Positions 23,250 through 35,599 of a stretch of 64,000 bases of DNA are shown piece by piece. Numbering within the stretch: the stretch's first letter is position 1; each line of letters begins with the position of its first letter. The stretch spans positions 1-64,000 of the forward strand of contig CAUYUJ010000238.1 in the NCBI GenBank assembly GCA_963575745.1, written 5' to 3'. The notes beneath the pieces were generated by a model. The model was given only the letters and a program-made list of their open reading frames with translations, had not been told where the DNA came from and made no database searches. A program made the position numbers and the translations under genes. Source of the stretch: Prorocentrum cordatum. Lineage: Eukaryota.

Positions 23250-24575
23250 ACTGCTTGGCATTGCCTGGCGTTGCTTGGCCTTGCTTGGCCTTGCTTGGCG
23301 TTGCCCGGCATTGCTTGGCATTGCGTTGCATGGATTTCACTGCTTGGCGTTGCTTGGCGCTGCTTGGAATTGCCTCGCTGTGCCAGGGAAACCGAGGAAC
23401 AAGACTGGGGAGCCCGACGAACCCAAGCGAGGAGCAAGACCGGGGAACCCGATAAACAAGACCAGGGGACCCGAAGAAACCCAAGTAAGGAGCAAGATCA
23501 GGGAGCCAGATGAACAAGACCAGGGAACCCGAAGAAACCCAAGCGAGGAACAAGACGAGGGAGCCCGACGAACAGGACCACGGAGCCCGAAGAAACCCAA
23601 ACAAGGAACAAGACAGAGGAACCCGATGAGCAAGACCAGGGAGCCCGAAGAGAGAAGGCAAGGAGCAAGACTGGGAAACCCAGGCCCCATGTAAGGAAAC
23701 AAGACCGGGGAACCTTGAGGAACCCCTTTTGCAAGGAAACAGGATTGGGAAACAACGCCTACTTGGGGAATACGGACATGTTAGCCAGCGTGGACCCCAA
23801 ACAGTGGGTTGCTAGCAATCCATGTTGTGCAAGCTATGTTGAGCAGTCCATGTCGAGCAATCTATGTGGTGCAATTTGTGTGGAACAATATGTGCTGTGC
23901 AATCGATGTGGAGCGATCCATGTGGTGCAACCGATGTGGGGCTATCTATGGTGTGCAATATATGTTATACAACTAGTGTTGTGCAACATGTGTGGAGCAG
24001 ACTATGTGGAGCAATCGATGGTGTGCAACACATGTGTGCGCAATCCATGTGGTGTAACCTACGTGGTGCAATATATGTGGCGTAAATTTATGTTGTGCAA
24101 TATGTGTTGTGCGATCTACGTGGTGCAAACTATGTGGTGCAACATATGTGGTGCAGTCCTTGTTGCGGCGACTCGGCGGCGACGGGGCGGCGACGACAGC
24201 AATAAGGCGGCGCATACGACAGACGAGCCCAGACGACTGGCGGCGACGGGGCGGCGACGGCGGCAACAAGGCGGCGGACCCGACAAACGAGCCCACACGC
24301 GGTGCGGCGACGAAGCAGCGACGAGGCGGCGACGGCGGTGACAAGGCGGCGGACCCGACAAACGAGCCCAGACGAGGTGCGCGACGGCCGGCGACGAAGC
24401 AGCGACGTGGCGGCGACGGCGGCATCAAGGCGGCGGACCCGACAAACGAGCCCAGACGACGGACGGCGACGAGGCGGGGACGAGGCGACGGACTTCACAA
24501 ATGAGCCCAGACGACGGGCGGCGACGAGGCGGGGACGAGGCGGCAGCAAGGCGGCGGACCCGACAAACGAGCTCA
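23250..24575. repeat. Cluster of successive minisatellites (10-bp TTGCTTGGCN; CAAGACCAGGGAGCCCGA units; ATGTGGTGCA units; about 60-bp GGCGGCGGACCCGACAAACGAGCCC units)
   Basis: Direct inspection. Confidence 0.85.
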
Positions 24576-25102
24576 GGTCATTCCCATGAGACAAAGAAAT
24601 AAGAGCCCCTAGATGCAGGCATTGTTAAGGAAACAAGCGCACACAAGAAACCGCGTCTTGGCGACGGCCGCTCCCTCCGAGCCCCCCCCCCCTCGCGGGT
24701 CCAACGTTGAGGCCCCACGAGATGGTTCGGGAGGCCGCCGTTGCATGCCCCGAGCCTTCCGCAGTCAGACTCCGATCCAGCAACAGTTCTGAGCGCCCTC
24801 TCCCGAGTTGCCGAACGTTCCAGGCACCTTGCCGCAGAGCCGTGGAGACACGAGGGGGGGTCAAGAAGGGGCCTTGCCGTCCAGGGACCGAGAGGCTGGC
24901 ATCTCTTCCTCGGCAGGGGCGGCGCAGGGCCAGCGGAAGCGGGCGGAAATATTGAGGAGGGCGGTTCCGCCGGCAGAAGGCCAGCGGAACCTGGCGGAAG
25001 TATGAATCGCGCCCCCAAGAGATGTTTATATGTTGTTGCGATGCGAAGATGCCTGAGTCGGACACATAGGCGTTGGCCGATGTTTGCAGCCGCTTGCCTT
25101 TA

Positions 25103-26072
25103 AGTCGGGCCTGTCCCTCTACAGGAGAAATATGCAAAAATATGTGTTTTATGTTATTTTACATGTTGTTATATATATATATATGTATGTATATGTGTGT
25201 ATATGCATATATAAGAATTATCCCAGTGCGACCCTACTTAGGAGTTGAAGCCCCTAGGAAAGCAGCATTAGTAGTAACAGTAAAGCTAAGCTGAAGGTGA
25301 GCTAAAGCTAAGCTAAAGCTAAGATAAAGCTAAGCTAACGCTAAGCTAAAGCTAAGCTAAAGCTAAGCTGAAGCTAAGCTAAAGCTAAGCTCAAGCTAAG
25401 CTAAAGCTAAGGCAAAGCTAAGCTAAAGCTAAGCTCAAGCTAAGCTAAAGGTAAGCTAAAGCCAAGCTAAAGCTAAAGCTCCCAGGGGATTGGGGGAACC
25501 GCTCCCAGGGGACCGGGGGAACCGCCCAGGGGCGGGGTGCACTGCCCGGCCCCTTTAAGCAAAGCGAGTAAGAACCCTTCTAGGCAGAATTGTGTTGTGC
25601 TGCGCTATGCTATGCTATGCTATGCTATGCTATGCTATGCTGCGCTATGCTATGCTGGGCTATGCTATGATATGCTATGCTGCGCGATGCTACGCTATGC
25701 TATGTTGTGCTCTGCTATGCTAAAGCTCAGCGAAGCTAAGATGAAGGTAAGCTAAGCTAAGATAAACCTGAGCTAAGATGAAGCTAAGCTAAGCTGAGAT
25801 GAAATATGCTAAGCTAAGATGAGATAATCAACGCTCAGCTCAGGGGACGTAACTGGGGGAACCGCGGGGCGGATACTGGGGGAACCGCCCGGGGCGCTTT
25901 CCACTGCCCGGCCCCTTTAAGCCCAGAGAGTAAGAACCCTTCTAGGTAGAGCCTAGGTAGGGAACAAAAAGGTCAGAGGACAATGTTTGACAATCGTTGA
26001 GTATTTGGGCATATTTTGGAGTATGTTTTATTCTCCGCCTAACATCCCCCTGTACGGGGAGAAGGCCCGACG
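25103..26072. mobile_element. MITE family A copy carrying a nested satellite-filled element
   Basis: TA|AGTCGGGCCTGTCCCTCTACAGG ... CCTGTACGGGGAGAAGGCCCGACG|TA. Confidence 0.8.
25218..25962 (-). mobile_element. Helentron/DINE-1-like element, copy 2, with a duplicated terminal block and (GCTAT)n
   Basis: Same ends as 12582-13134 (TTATCCCAGTGCGACCCTAC ... GTAAGAACCCTTCTAGG..GAGCCTAGGTAGGG). The terminal block occurs twice (about 25480-25590 and 25840-25962). Confidence 0.6.
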
Positions 26073-28714
26073 TAAGCTTCCCTTCAAGCTGGAGTAGTGC
26101 GGTCGGCGCTTCGGGAAGACGCGCCGGTTTCGGCCCGGCCTGCGGCCTCGGAGGGGCCCAAGGCCACTGTGTGCCTTCGCCCCCCGCGCGGGCGAGCAGC
26201 GCCCCCGGCTTCGAGAAGCGGCTGCTTCCGCGGCGCACAGGCGTAGGGAGGCGGCGGGGCAGGAGGCGTTGCGCCGCCCGTCGCGCGTGGGCCCCCCCGG
26301 AGGGCAGGGGCGGGCGCAGCAGCTGCGCGCAGGCGGGGCAGCGGCGTGCGGGGGCCGCGCGGGATCGCGCGCGCGAGGCGTGGAAGGGCGGAGGTGCGGG
26401 AACTTGCTCTCGTCGCAGCGCCGCAAGGGCGATGCGCCCGCGCGCGTCAGTGGCCCGGGGGCGCACGGCACATCAGTTGACCGATAGCAAGAGGAGAGAA
26501 GGCGGGGGGGGGGGGGGGGCGGCCGCGGAGAACAGGCGAAGGAGGAGGGCACTCACCTCGGAAAGAGTTTCAGGATAAGCAAGTCGGCGCGGCAAGCCTG
26601 AGCTGAGGAGACCCGGCACTGGGCGCGGGACGGCGTCACGACAACACCCAGGGCCGAAGCCGAGGCTGCAGGCGCAGCTTGATGGAAGTGCGAGAACAGG
26701 AAGCACCGAAGTGCAGAAGAATTGAGGTGTGAGGAATGGAGGTACGGAAGAGCGAGGATGCGGAGGCACGGCAGTGCCGAAGCGATAAACTACGCAGGAG
26801 GAAGGAATCATGAGCCAGATCCAAGGGGGTCTTGGACCACAGGCTGTCCCCTCCCGGGGTGTCGGGGGATCATCTCGAGCTGGACAACGAGGGAGGAGGG
26901 CGCGGGAGTTGTGGCGACTGAGGGGGGTCGCCTCTCCTCTGGGCGACTGAGGGCTGTGAAGATGGCCAGGGATACAGTCGCCGCCCATAGCAACGATGAG
27001 GTGTGTTTCCCAAGGTGCCCTTATATCCATGCTTGTCCAGCCCATACTGGCCGATTTCGCGAAGCCCCCCGTGTGCACTTAGGGACGTTCGGGGGTCTTG
27101 CATCCTCACCTTGTATCCTTGTGGTGCAAGGTGATTGTAGTGAACGATGGTGAGGGGATGCATGAGTGAAGATGGCAGAGGAGGAGGCCAAGGACGATGG
27201 AGGTTGAAGATGAGCAGGGGTGACTGAAGGAGAAGGCGGCTTCCGCAGATGCGGCTCGTCCTTCAATCGGAGGGTTCGCCCTTGAGCTGGGAGGGCTCTT
27301 TGAGTTGCCGTCACAGCATTCGGATGGCTCCGTCCTCAAACTGGGGGGGGGAGGTGATACGATTGTCGACATAGGCGCGCGGTTGGACGCCCTCTACACG
27401 GTCTGGCGAGCGAAGGAGCTCTCGCGCTGAGCAGATGTGTTTTTGTGTCGAGCTCCTCCCCGCGACAATATCGCTGTTGCCATCCTCCTCGTCTTCCTCC
27501 TCACCGGATCCGTCGCTGTTCTGTCTGTATTAAGGTTTTGAGGTGGGTGGTTTCGCCAAGCATGCGCTTTCGGGTTGGAGATTCCGTCGGTTTCTGCTTG
27601 CCTCTGGTGTGGCCCGAGTCTTGCACATGTGGTACCCCGTCCGTTTCTGCAGGTACCAATCGCTCTGGGAGTGTAGGTGCCTCGTCGGTTTCAGCAGGTC
27701 GTTTCCAGGAAACCCGTGGTTGTAGGAATGCGACTGGGGAATCCCAGCCCGTGTTTCTCTGATGCCCTGGAAAGCAGTGCAAGCGCAGTCAATACCCGTA
27801 GTGAGGACGCATTACTTCATTGCCTCTTGCATTCCACACCTTCTGGCTGGGTGTCGCTGGAGTGGTTTCAACGTGGGCGCCCAAGGGTACTGCACCCTTC
27901 CCTGGTAGATTCTTGATGGGATCATAGTCGGGGAGGTTTGGCTAATCTTGCGACGGAGCTTCCCCGTCCCCACCCCCTAGCTCCTCAACTCGAGCCCATC
28001 CCCAAAACCCCTGCCGACAGCCCGCGCCCGTCCCCCCGACGACCCGATGGGGGGGCGAGTATGATCCCACTCGGAGTACTTGCTGTGGGCGCATGCTGCC
28101 ACCCTGCAAGTCAGATACTGCTCATCTTTCTGTTGGCAGGCCCTAGGCTCGTGACCCAGCGGCTACAGATCCAACGACCTCCCCGGCAGCAGCAGGGAAC
28201 GTGGCGGAGGAAGGAGGGGAAAGGAGGAGGAGGAGGAAGGAGGAGGAGGAAGGAGGAGGAGGAAGGAAGAGGAGGAAGGAGGAGGAGGAAGGAGGAGGAG
28301 GAAGAAGGAGGAGGAGGAGGAGATAGGAGGGGAAAGCCTCCCTTCCACAAGCCTCCGATGCCGAGTTCGGCTCGGACTCGCGCCCCCTTCGCTTGCGAGA
28401 GGGCACTCCGGCAGCGAGCTCCCCGCAGCTGTGCAGCTTGCCGGGGAGACCGGGGAGGCAGAGCACAAGAAAGCACGCGAGATGGCAGGGAAGGACCCAG
28501 ACCCCCTCGAGTAATGAAAAAATCACGACGGAAGGTTTTTCGCTATTTTCGGCCTCCGAAGGGCCCTTACCGGCCCTCGGGACCGTCAAAAAACGGCTCG
28601 GGATGAAAAGCCGGTCCCGGGGAGTGGGTCCCGACCTCTGGGGGTCGCGTCATGAAAAAATCATGACGTCGGGGGTCTGGGGACAGGGCAGGCTTGGAGG
28701 AGCTGGTAAGCTCA

Positions 28715-28868
28715 AGTCGGGCGTGCCCCTCTACGGGAGGGATATACAAAAATAGTCAACAAAATAGTCTGGGGACGATCTTCCGACTATGTATTTATAT
28801 GCTTTGCGCGTTTTTGAGTATTTTTCATTTTTCACTCCAAATGTCCTTGTAAGGGGACAAGCCCGACC
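28715..28868. mobile_element. MITE family A copy
   Basis: AGTCGGGCGTGCCCCTCTACGGG ... GTAAGGGGACAAGCCCGACC|TA. The core is uninterrupted at the site occupied in the 12534 copy. Confidence 0.8.
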
Positions 28869-29421
28869 TAATGGTAAGCCCTGCTGCCGCCCCAGGCCCT
28901 GACCCCCGGGGGCCTCCAGAGGCCCTGCGGAGGCCCGAGAGGAGGCCAAACACCGTTCGACGAATCCCCTTTTAAACGTCGAGGGTCGAAAGCAGAATCT
29001 CGTATTTGGTGGAGAAGGAGAAGGAGGAAGAAGGAGGAGGAAGGAGGAGGAGACGAAGGTGGATGAGGAAGGAGGAGGAGGAGGAGGAGGAGGAGGAGAA
29101 GAAGGTGGAGGAGGAGGAGGAGAAGGAGGAGGAGACGGAGGAGAAGGAGGAGGAGGAGGAGACGAGGAGGAGGAGGAGGAGGAGGACAAGGACGAGCAGA
29201 ACGAGAAGGAGGAGGAGGAGGTGGAGGAGGAGGAGGTGGTGGATGTCTTTGCGAATCCCCCACGCGTGGCTGCCCCCCCACCCACCCACGGCGGCGGAGG
29301 GCGGAGGGCCAAGCGGGCGGGGGGGGGGCTCCGTCGGGGGCTCAGAAGTGGGCACCGGCGCCGGTGTCGGCGGCTGCCCCCCCACCGCGGGAGGCTGATC
29401 CTGATCTCGGCGAGGGTGGTA

Positions 29422-29594
29422 TAGCAAACTTGCATATTCTGGATGGGCAACCTTCCCAAGGGTACCCTTGCATCCTTGCCTCCTCTGTCCATCCTTGGCC
29501 ACTTTCGTTGGCCGCGCCGCGCTCGAAAAGCTTCGAAATGGGCGTCCAAGGCCCTTGCATCCGAATCGCGCATCATTACTATACGCGTTGACTG
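29422..29594. mobile_element. MITE family B copy with a degenerate left end
   Basis: Shares CCCAAGGGTACCCTTGCATCCTTGCCTCC ... GGGCGTCCAAGGCCCTTGCATCC ... GTTGACTG|TA with 234-373. A partial copy lies at about 8432-8560. Confidence 0.75.
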
Positions 29595-29951
29595 TAGTAC
29601 TCGGGCTTCTCAGATGGCCGAGAGATTACCGACAGCACCAAGGGTCATCATCCCCCGGTGGAGGCAACCCCCTTGTGTCCGTGTTGGTGCCGAGCTCCGG
29701 GTCCCCAACATTGAAGCCAGAGCGGGGGTGCGTGGAGGGGAGGGTTTGCGGAGGGGGAAGGGGGTCCCAGACTTGCTCGCTCCGTGAGACAATCACGACG
29801 GAAGGTGTTTAGCAGTTCTTTGCGATGTAAGGGCTCTTCGGGCGCTGGGACAGTCCCAAAAACGATTTGGGATGAAGAGTCGGCCTTGGGGATGAGATCC
29901 ACACCGGCCGTGATCCACGTTGCGACGAGAGAACATCGATCTGCACAAACG

Positions 29952-30138
29952 AAATGGGCACGGAAAGAAAGGGTACAATGCCCAACAGCAGTTCCGTTCA
30001 TTTTGAACAGGACTCGCTGTCCACGCCGCCGCGGCCTGTGTCCATTCGAGACAGAAGGCCGCCTGCCCAACAGCGGCCGCTGTTGGTTTGGAACAAATTT
30101 TCTTGTTGGGCATTGTACCCATTTTTCCGTACCCATTT
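29952..30138. mobile_element. Foldback/MITE-like element with about 35-bp inverted repeats
   Basis: AAATGGGCACGGAAAGAAAGGGTACAATGCCCAACA ... TGTTGGGCATTGTACCCATTTTTCCGTACCCATTT. Confidence 0.65.
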
Positions 30139-30983
30139 GGGGCGTCCAAAATCGATGTTCGGAGGTCTTCGCGAGGAGTTCTTTAGTAGGTCGGCGCTGG
30201 ACCCCCCGCGGGGCCTCCAAAAGTAGATGGGAAGGGCGAGTGGAGGGAGAGGGGAGGGGGAGGGTAGAGGAGGTGCGAAGGAGAAGAGAGAGGGGGAGAT
30301 GAATTGACGAGGAGGTGGGTGGCCGAGGCGAGGGGGTGCGCAGAGGGAAAAAAGGGGAGAAAGATCAGCGGATGGCGGAGGCGGAAGGAGGGAGAAGGAG
30401 GGAGCCAGGAGTAGAGGCCAGCCGCGAGCCTGGGGTGGAAGCAAGAAGGGGCGGGCCTTCTCAGAAGGCTCGGAAGTCCAACTGCTCAGAAGCCCAGAGG
30501 GCTTCTGAGAAGCCCCGCCGCCTTCCGAGAAGGCCTTCTCCTTCCCACGTCCCCCCCTCGCTCGCCGCCGAAGGAGGCGAGGGTGGGGGCGGGCCCGTCG
30601 CCCCCCCCTCTGGGGAGGCGCTGTTCCCAGGCTCGAAGCGGCACCTCCCCCCTTTTTGGCCGCGGGCCTTCTTTGGGCTCCCCCCCCCTTCTTTTCGTAA
30701 ACGAAGTGCTCCCCGCCTGCACTGGAGTATTTCACTTTGGCACACGACCGCAGTGAACAAAAATAGTAATGTAGATCAGCATCACTTCATAGTAAAGGTA
30801 TCATGCCAGCCATTATCTCCATGATCACCATCCTTTTATCGCTTCGTACAGATATTTTCCCAAACGAGGTGCTCCCCGAAAAGCGGTTCGCTGCGGTTGG
30901 CTTTGCCTGTCTTCGTCGGGGCATGCTGCAGGAGTCGAGCACGAGAGAGGGGGGGGGGGGCGAGGGAGGGAGGGCGAGGGGTG

Positions 30984-31138
30984 AGTCGGGCCTGCGCCTC
31001 TACAGGAGGAATATCCAGAGGCAGTCAGACAGATAGTCCGGGGGCGATTCTCGCACCCTCCTTGACCCTTCTGGGGAGCATTTGTGGAGTGTTGTTTTTT
31101 TTCGCCCAAGATCCCCCTGCAGGGGCACAGGCCCGACC
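30984..31138. mobile_element. MITE family A copy
   Basis: AGTCGGGCCTGCGCCTCTACAGG ... CCTGCAGGGGCACAGGCCCGACC. Confidence 0.8.
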
Positions 31139-31686
31139 TCGGGCGAGGGCGAGGCGGCAGGGCGAGCAGAGGGGGAGAGAGAGGGCGCCGCCCGCCCCCG
31201 GGCGCGGAGAGGCGGGAGCACGAGAGCGCAGTGGCTCCGGGCCTCCCCCGCGCGGGGGCCCGAGAGCGGGCGCGGTCGGAGGGCCGCGCCGCGCCGGCGC
31301 ATCGCCGACGCACCGCCGATGCGGAGCCCGAGGTGCTTCGCGTCGACGCCGCCGCTGCACCGCCCACGTCGACGGCACGTCGCCGACGCGTCGGCGGTGC
31401 GGCCCGATCCTCCGACCCCATCGACGCACTACGGCGCGTCGCCGACGCATCGGCGATGCGGCCCGATCCTCCGACCCCGTCGACGCACATCCGGCCCCAT
31501 CCGGGAGGCCTCCAGGCACAGATATCTCCCCCTCTCTCCTGGCGCCGCTCCTCGCTTCCGCACGTCCCCATGTCCCCCCCCCCCCCCCGGGGCCGCGCGC
31601 GTGCCTGGAGGCCACGGCTTGCGAGCGCCCCTCTTGGACGCCCCCCCCTCTTGGGCGCCCCAGTGGAAGGGGGGGATGTCCAGCAG

Positions 31687-31733
31687 GTTCGCGCCTCGCG
31701 GAGGCGGCGGCGGCGCCGGCGCCGGCGTGCGAG
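31687..31733 (+). CDS. Candidate exon (SRLAEAAAAPAPACE)
   Basis: cagcAG|G acceptor and GAG|GC donor; ends in phase 0, compatible with the 35159 exon. Confidence 0.35.
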
Positions 31734-32374
31734 GCTGCACTCCACCAGCTGCCTGGGCCCGGCCAGTATTGAGCGAGCCCCGCTGTCGGAGAGCGGCGAT
31801 TTTCTTCGGGTGGAGCGACGGCGCGGCGTCGCAGGCCAATGCCCACGGCATCGCGACGTGGTCTTGCCGTACACCTTAGGCGATGCTTAAGAAAACCTAA
31901 GTTTTCGTCCAGAGTCTCGATTATTCTTAACGTTTTAATGTAAATCCCGAGATTTTGATAGAAGTTCTGGGTTTTATTCAATTTCTGAGACTATGAATTT
32001 CTTAACCCATGATTTCTTAAGCATTTCGCAGGGTGTAGAGAGGAGGGGGAAGAGGATCAGGCAGCCGTCGGACGCAGATCGGTCGCCCCGGAGTCTTCCA
32101 GATCGCTCTGGAGCTGCCGCTCGCGCCCGATATGAGGCGCTCCAAAGATGGCCTCGCCTTCGAGGATCGAAGGAGTTGTCATCTCTTCCTCGGCGGAAGG
32201 GCGCGGGAAATCGGCGGAAGTAAAACGAAGCCGCCTCCGCGGCGGAAGCCGGCGGAAGGCTGGCGGAAGGTGGCGGGAGCAAAAGACGTGCCCCAAAGAG
32301 ATGAAAACAGATTGTTGGGTTCAGAGTTTCCGGAGTCCGCCATCTATCTTCCAGGCCCGCTACCTCTCGGATAA

Positions 32375-32514
32375 GGTCGGGCCTGTCCCCCTACAGGCGG
32401 ATTTTGGGCGAAAAATTGAAAATCCAAAAAATATTCAAGAATAGTCCAAAAAATCGTCCCCATTCTATGTTTTGACTACTCTGAATATTCCCCCTGTACA
32501 GGGACAGGCCCGCC
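32375..32514. mobile_element. MITE family A copy (reverse orientation)
   Basis: GGTCGGGCCTGTCCCCCTACAGG ... CCTGTACAGGGACAGGCCCG. Confidence 0.75.
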
Positions 32515-32620
32515 ACCTCTCGGAGAGGAAGCACACGAGAGGCGCCGCGCACGTCCGAGAAGCATTTTGGCGCCAGAGATGACGGAGAGCAGAGCCGTCT
32601 GCAGCGCACGGCTAGCATCA

Positions 32621-32755
32621 AGTCGGGCCTTTCCCCCTACAGGAGGGAAATTCCAAACAGTCCAAAAAATAGTATGGGAACGCTTTTTTCTTTGAAAAAC
32701 TATTGTTGAGCAGTTTGGGAACTTGGGAACTTGCTGCAAGTATTCTCATTTTTTC

Positions 32756-32794
<39 letters not shown>

Positions 32795-32854
32795 TATATA
32801 TACCCCCCCCCCCCCAAAAAAAAAAAAAAAAAAGTGGGGGGGACAGGCCCGACC
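32621..32854. mobile_element. MITE family A copy with (TA)n and homopolymer expansion
   Basis: AGTCGGGCCTTTCCCCCTACAGG ... GGGGACAGGCCCGACC. Confidence 0.7.
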
Positions 32855-33701
32855 TGAGGCTGGCAGCGAGCACCGCCGCGAGGCAGCGAGACGTCAGGCG
32901 GGCACGCCGCGGGCATGCGGGCTGCTGGCGTCGGGCGAGCGCCCGGGGCAGAGGCGAGCCCCGAGCGCCCGCGCGGCGCCCGGGGCCGCAGGGCCCTCCC
33001 CCCCCCCCCCCGGAGGGAAGAAAACGCACAGACATTGGGCGTGGCTTAAGGGGGGGGGTCACAAATGGGGGGGTCAGAAGAGGTCCCCTTTCGGGCCCCT
33101 CCAGAGCCCCAGGGGGCTCGTTTAGGTACCGTTTGGGTACCTTTTCGGACCACGCTCTCCCCCCCCCCCATTTATGACCCCCCCATTACGCGGCGCCCAA
33201 AGACACGATGAGTCGCCGATTCCCCCCGAAGATGTAGGAAGATATGGGCAGCCGGGGGGGGGGAACAGACAGAGGCCCAGGAGAGGTGGGAAAAGGGGGG
33301 GGGGGGAGTCTGTTTCTCTGTGTGCAGTTGTCTGTGAGCCCCAGGGCCCCTTCAAGAAGACCCGTCTGCTCTGTAAGAGCGGTTTTGGTGGAAGGTAACT
33401 CTGCCTTCAAAAAACAAACTCTCTTATAGAGCATACACTATTGTTTGTGAGGACGGTTTTTTGTTTGAAGGCAGAGCTGCCCCTCTGCCCCAGTGCCGCC
33501 TTCTCCTCGCCGCCCTTCTCGGAGAGGGGACAGGCGATCATCCAGAACGGGTGATGCTGCCTTTTGAAAAAGGTTCTCACAGAGTAGACAGTTTTTTTGT
33601 CTGAACGGTTTTCTTTAGTCTGTAGGCAGAGCTGCCCCTCTGCCCCGGTCCTTTCTTCTCCTCGCCGCCCTTCTCGGAGAGGGGACGGGCGATCCTCCTA
33701 A

Positions 33702-34412
33702 AGTCGGGCATGTCCCCCTACAGGTGGAATATTCAAGAATAGTAAACAAAATGGTCTGCGGACGATGTTTCGTGCTCGTTTGCTTATGTTTGAGTCGGAG
33801 GTTGGGGGTTGGAAAGGAAGTGGCTCCAAATGGAAATCGGTTTCGGTTCGTGTCGTGCGTGCGGGCGAGGCGAAGCTGCGCGAGTTCCTACACTGGTAGG
33901 GGCCATCTATTGCCAAAAGGGCCGCCCCCCTCCCCCCGAGCGCTGGGCGTGGCTCCCGGTTGTCCCGGCGATTGTCCTGATGGTTGTGGTTGTCCCGATG
34001 GTTGCCCCGATGGTTGTCTCGGAGCTGTCCCAATGATTGTCCCGATGGTTGTCCCGATGGTTGTCCCGATGTTTGTCCCAGTGGTTGCCCCGATGGTTGT
34101 CCCGATGGTTGTGGTTGTCCCGATGGTTGCCCCGGTGTTTGCCCCGATGATTGTCCCGATGATTGTCCCGATGATTTTCCCGATGGTTGTCACAATGGTT
34201 GTCCCGATGGTTGATAGATAGATGAATATATAGAGATAGAAAGATATATATGTATATATGTCTATCGATAGAGATAGATGAATATATATAGAGAGAGAGG
34301 TATCGAGAGAAAGATAAACGGTGTGTCTATAAAAAGAGAAAGATAGAGATAGAGATATTGATAGGCAGAGAAATGATTATATAGATTCAGAGGTAGGTCA
34401 CAGAGAGTTAGG

Positions 34413-34450
<38 letters not shown>

Positions 34451-34726
34451 TAGATAGATAGATAGCGGGATGGACAGATAAATAGATACATATATGCGTG
34501 GCTTGCACAGGTAATTCGAGAGATAGGTCGATAGATAGATGGGTAGATGTGCGCGGCAATGGGAGGAAAGTTGGAGAAACCACCAACGAACCCAGAGCCA
34601 TCCCAAATCGACCGCCTCCCCCTCTCCCCCAAACCTCCTTATCACCCGTAGGGTGGTCCTATCGGTATGTTTTGACTATTTCCCATTTGTCTTCCAAAAT
34701 CCGCCTGTAGGAGGACATGCCCGACG
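33702..34726. mobile_element. MITE family A ends enclosing about 0.9 kb of inserted DNA (12-bp GTTGTCCCGATG minisatellite and GATA repeats)
   Basis: Left TIR AGTCGGGCATGTCCCCCTACAGG at 33702; right TIR CCTGTAGGAGGACATGCCCGACG ends at 34726. Confidence 0.6.
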
Positions 34727-35158
34727 CAGGATCATCCAGGACGGGCGATCAGTTTGTTGGATGGATCTCTCAAGCTCTCCACCGCCCCAAGCGCTGTGCT
34801 GCCGTCCGCCGCCTCAAGCGGGGTGCGTGGTCAGAGCTGGAGCACAGCAGAGCCACAGGAAAGGCGTGGCACTGACAGCGTAGCTCCGCACATGCGTCAA
34901 ATGCTCTGGCGAACAGGAGCACAGCACAGCACAGCAAGCACGCGAGCAAGAGCACAGGAAGCACACATGTGTCAGATGCTCCAGCGACTGGGCGGCCGAT
35001 TGGGCGAGTGCTGGCGCAAACCACAGAGCCCTCCCCCCGCCCGCAGAGAAGGCCCCGAGCTGCTGCCCCGGTGCCGCCTTCTCCCTCGCCGCCCCTCACC
35101 TCGGAGAGCGAAGCCCGAGCGACTCCGGGGCCGAGAGCCACGCGCCCGCCCTGCGCAG

Positions 35159-35200
35159 GCGCCCGCGGGCGCGCCGGAGGGCACCGTGGGCAGGCTGGAG
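35159..35200 (+). CDS. Candidate exon (APAGAPEGTVGRLE)
   Basis: cgcAG|G acceptor, GAG|GC donor, phase 0/0. Confidence 0.4.
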
Positions 35201-35303
35201 GCGGGGCCGCGGGGGGGCGCGGCGGGCGGCGGCGAGCTCCTTGCTGGGGTCGGGGGGGGCAGGGGCAGCCCTCCTCGTCCGCATCGTCCTCCTCGTCCTC
35301 CTT

Positions 35304-35339
<36 letters not shown>

Positions 35340-35599
35340 CTCCGCCCCCTCCACCTCCTCAACATCATCCTCCTCCTCCTCCTCTTCCTCCTCCCCCTCC
35401 TCATTATCATCATCATCATCGGCTTCATCCTCATCCTTATCCTTCTCCTGCTCCTCTTTCTCATCCTGATGATCCTCATCCTTGCTCCTCGTCCACGGCC
35501 ACGTCCGCCTCCTCGTCCTCCAAAGGCCACCCATGCTCCTCGTCCTCTTCCATCCCCATTCCTTACGGATAACTCCTCCCTGTCGCACCCAGAGACGTG

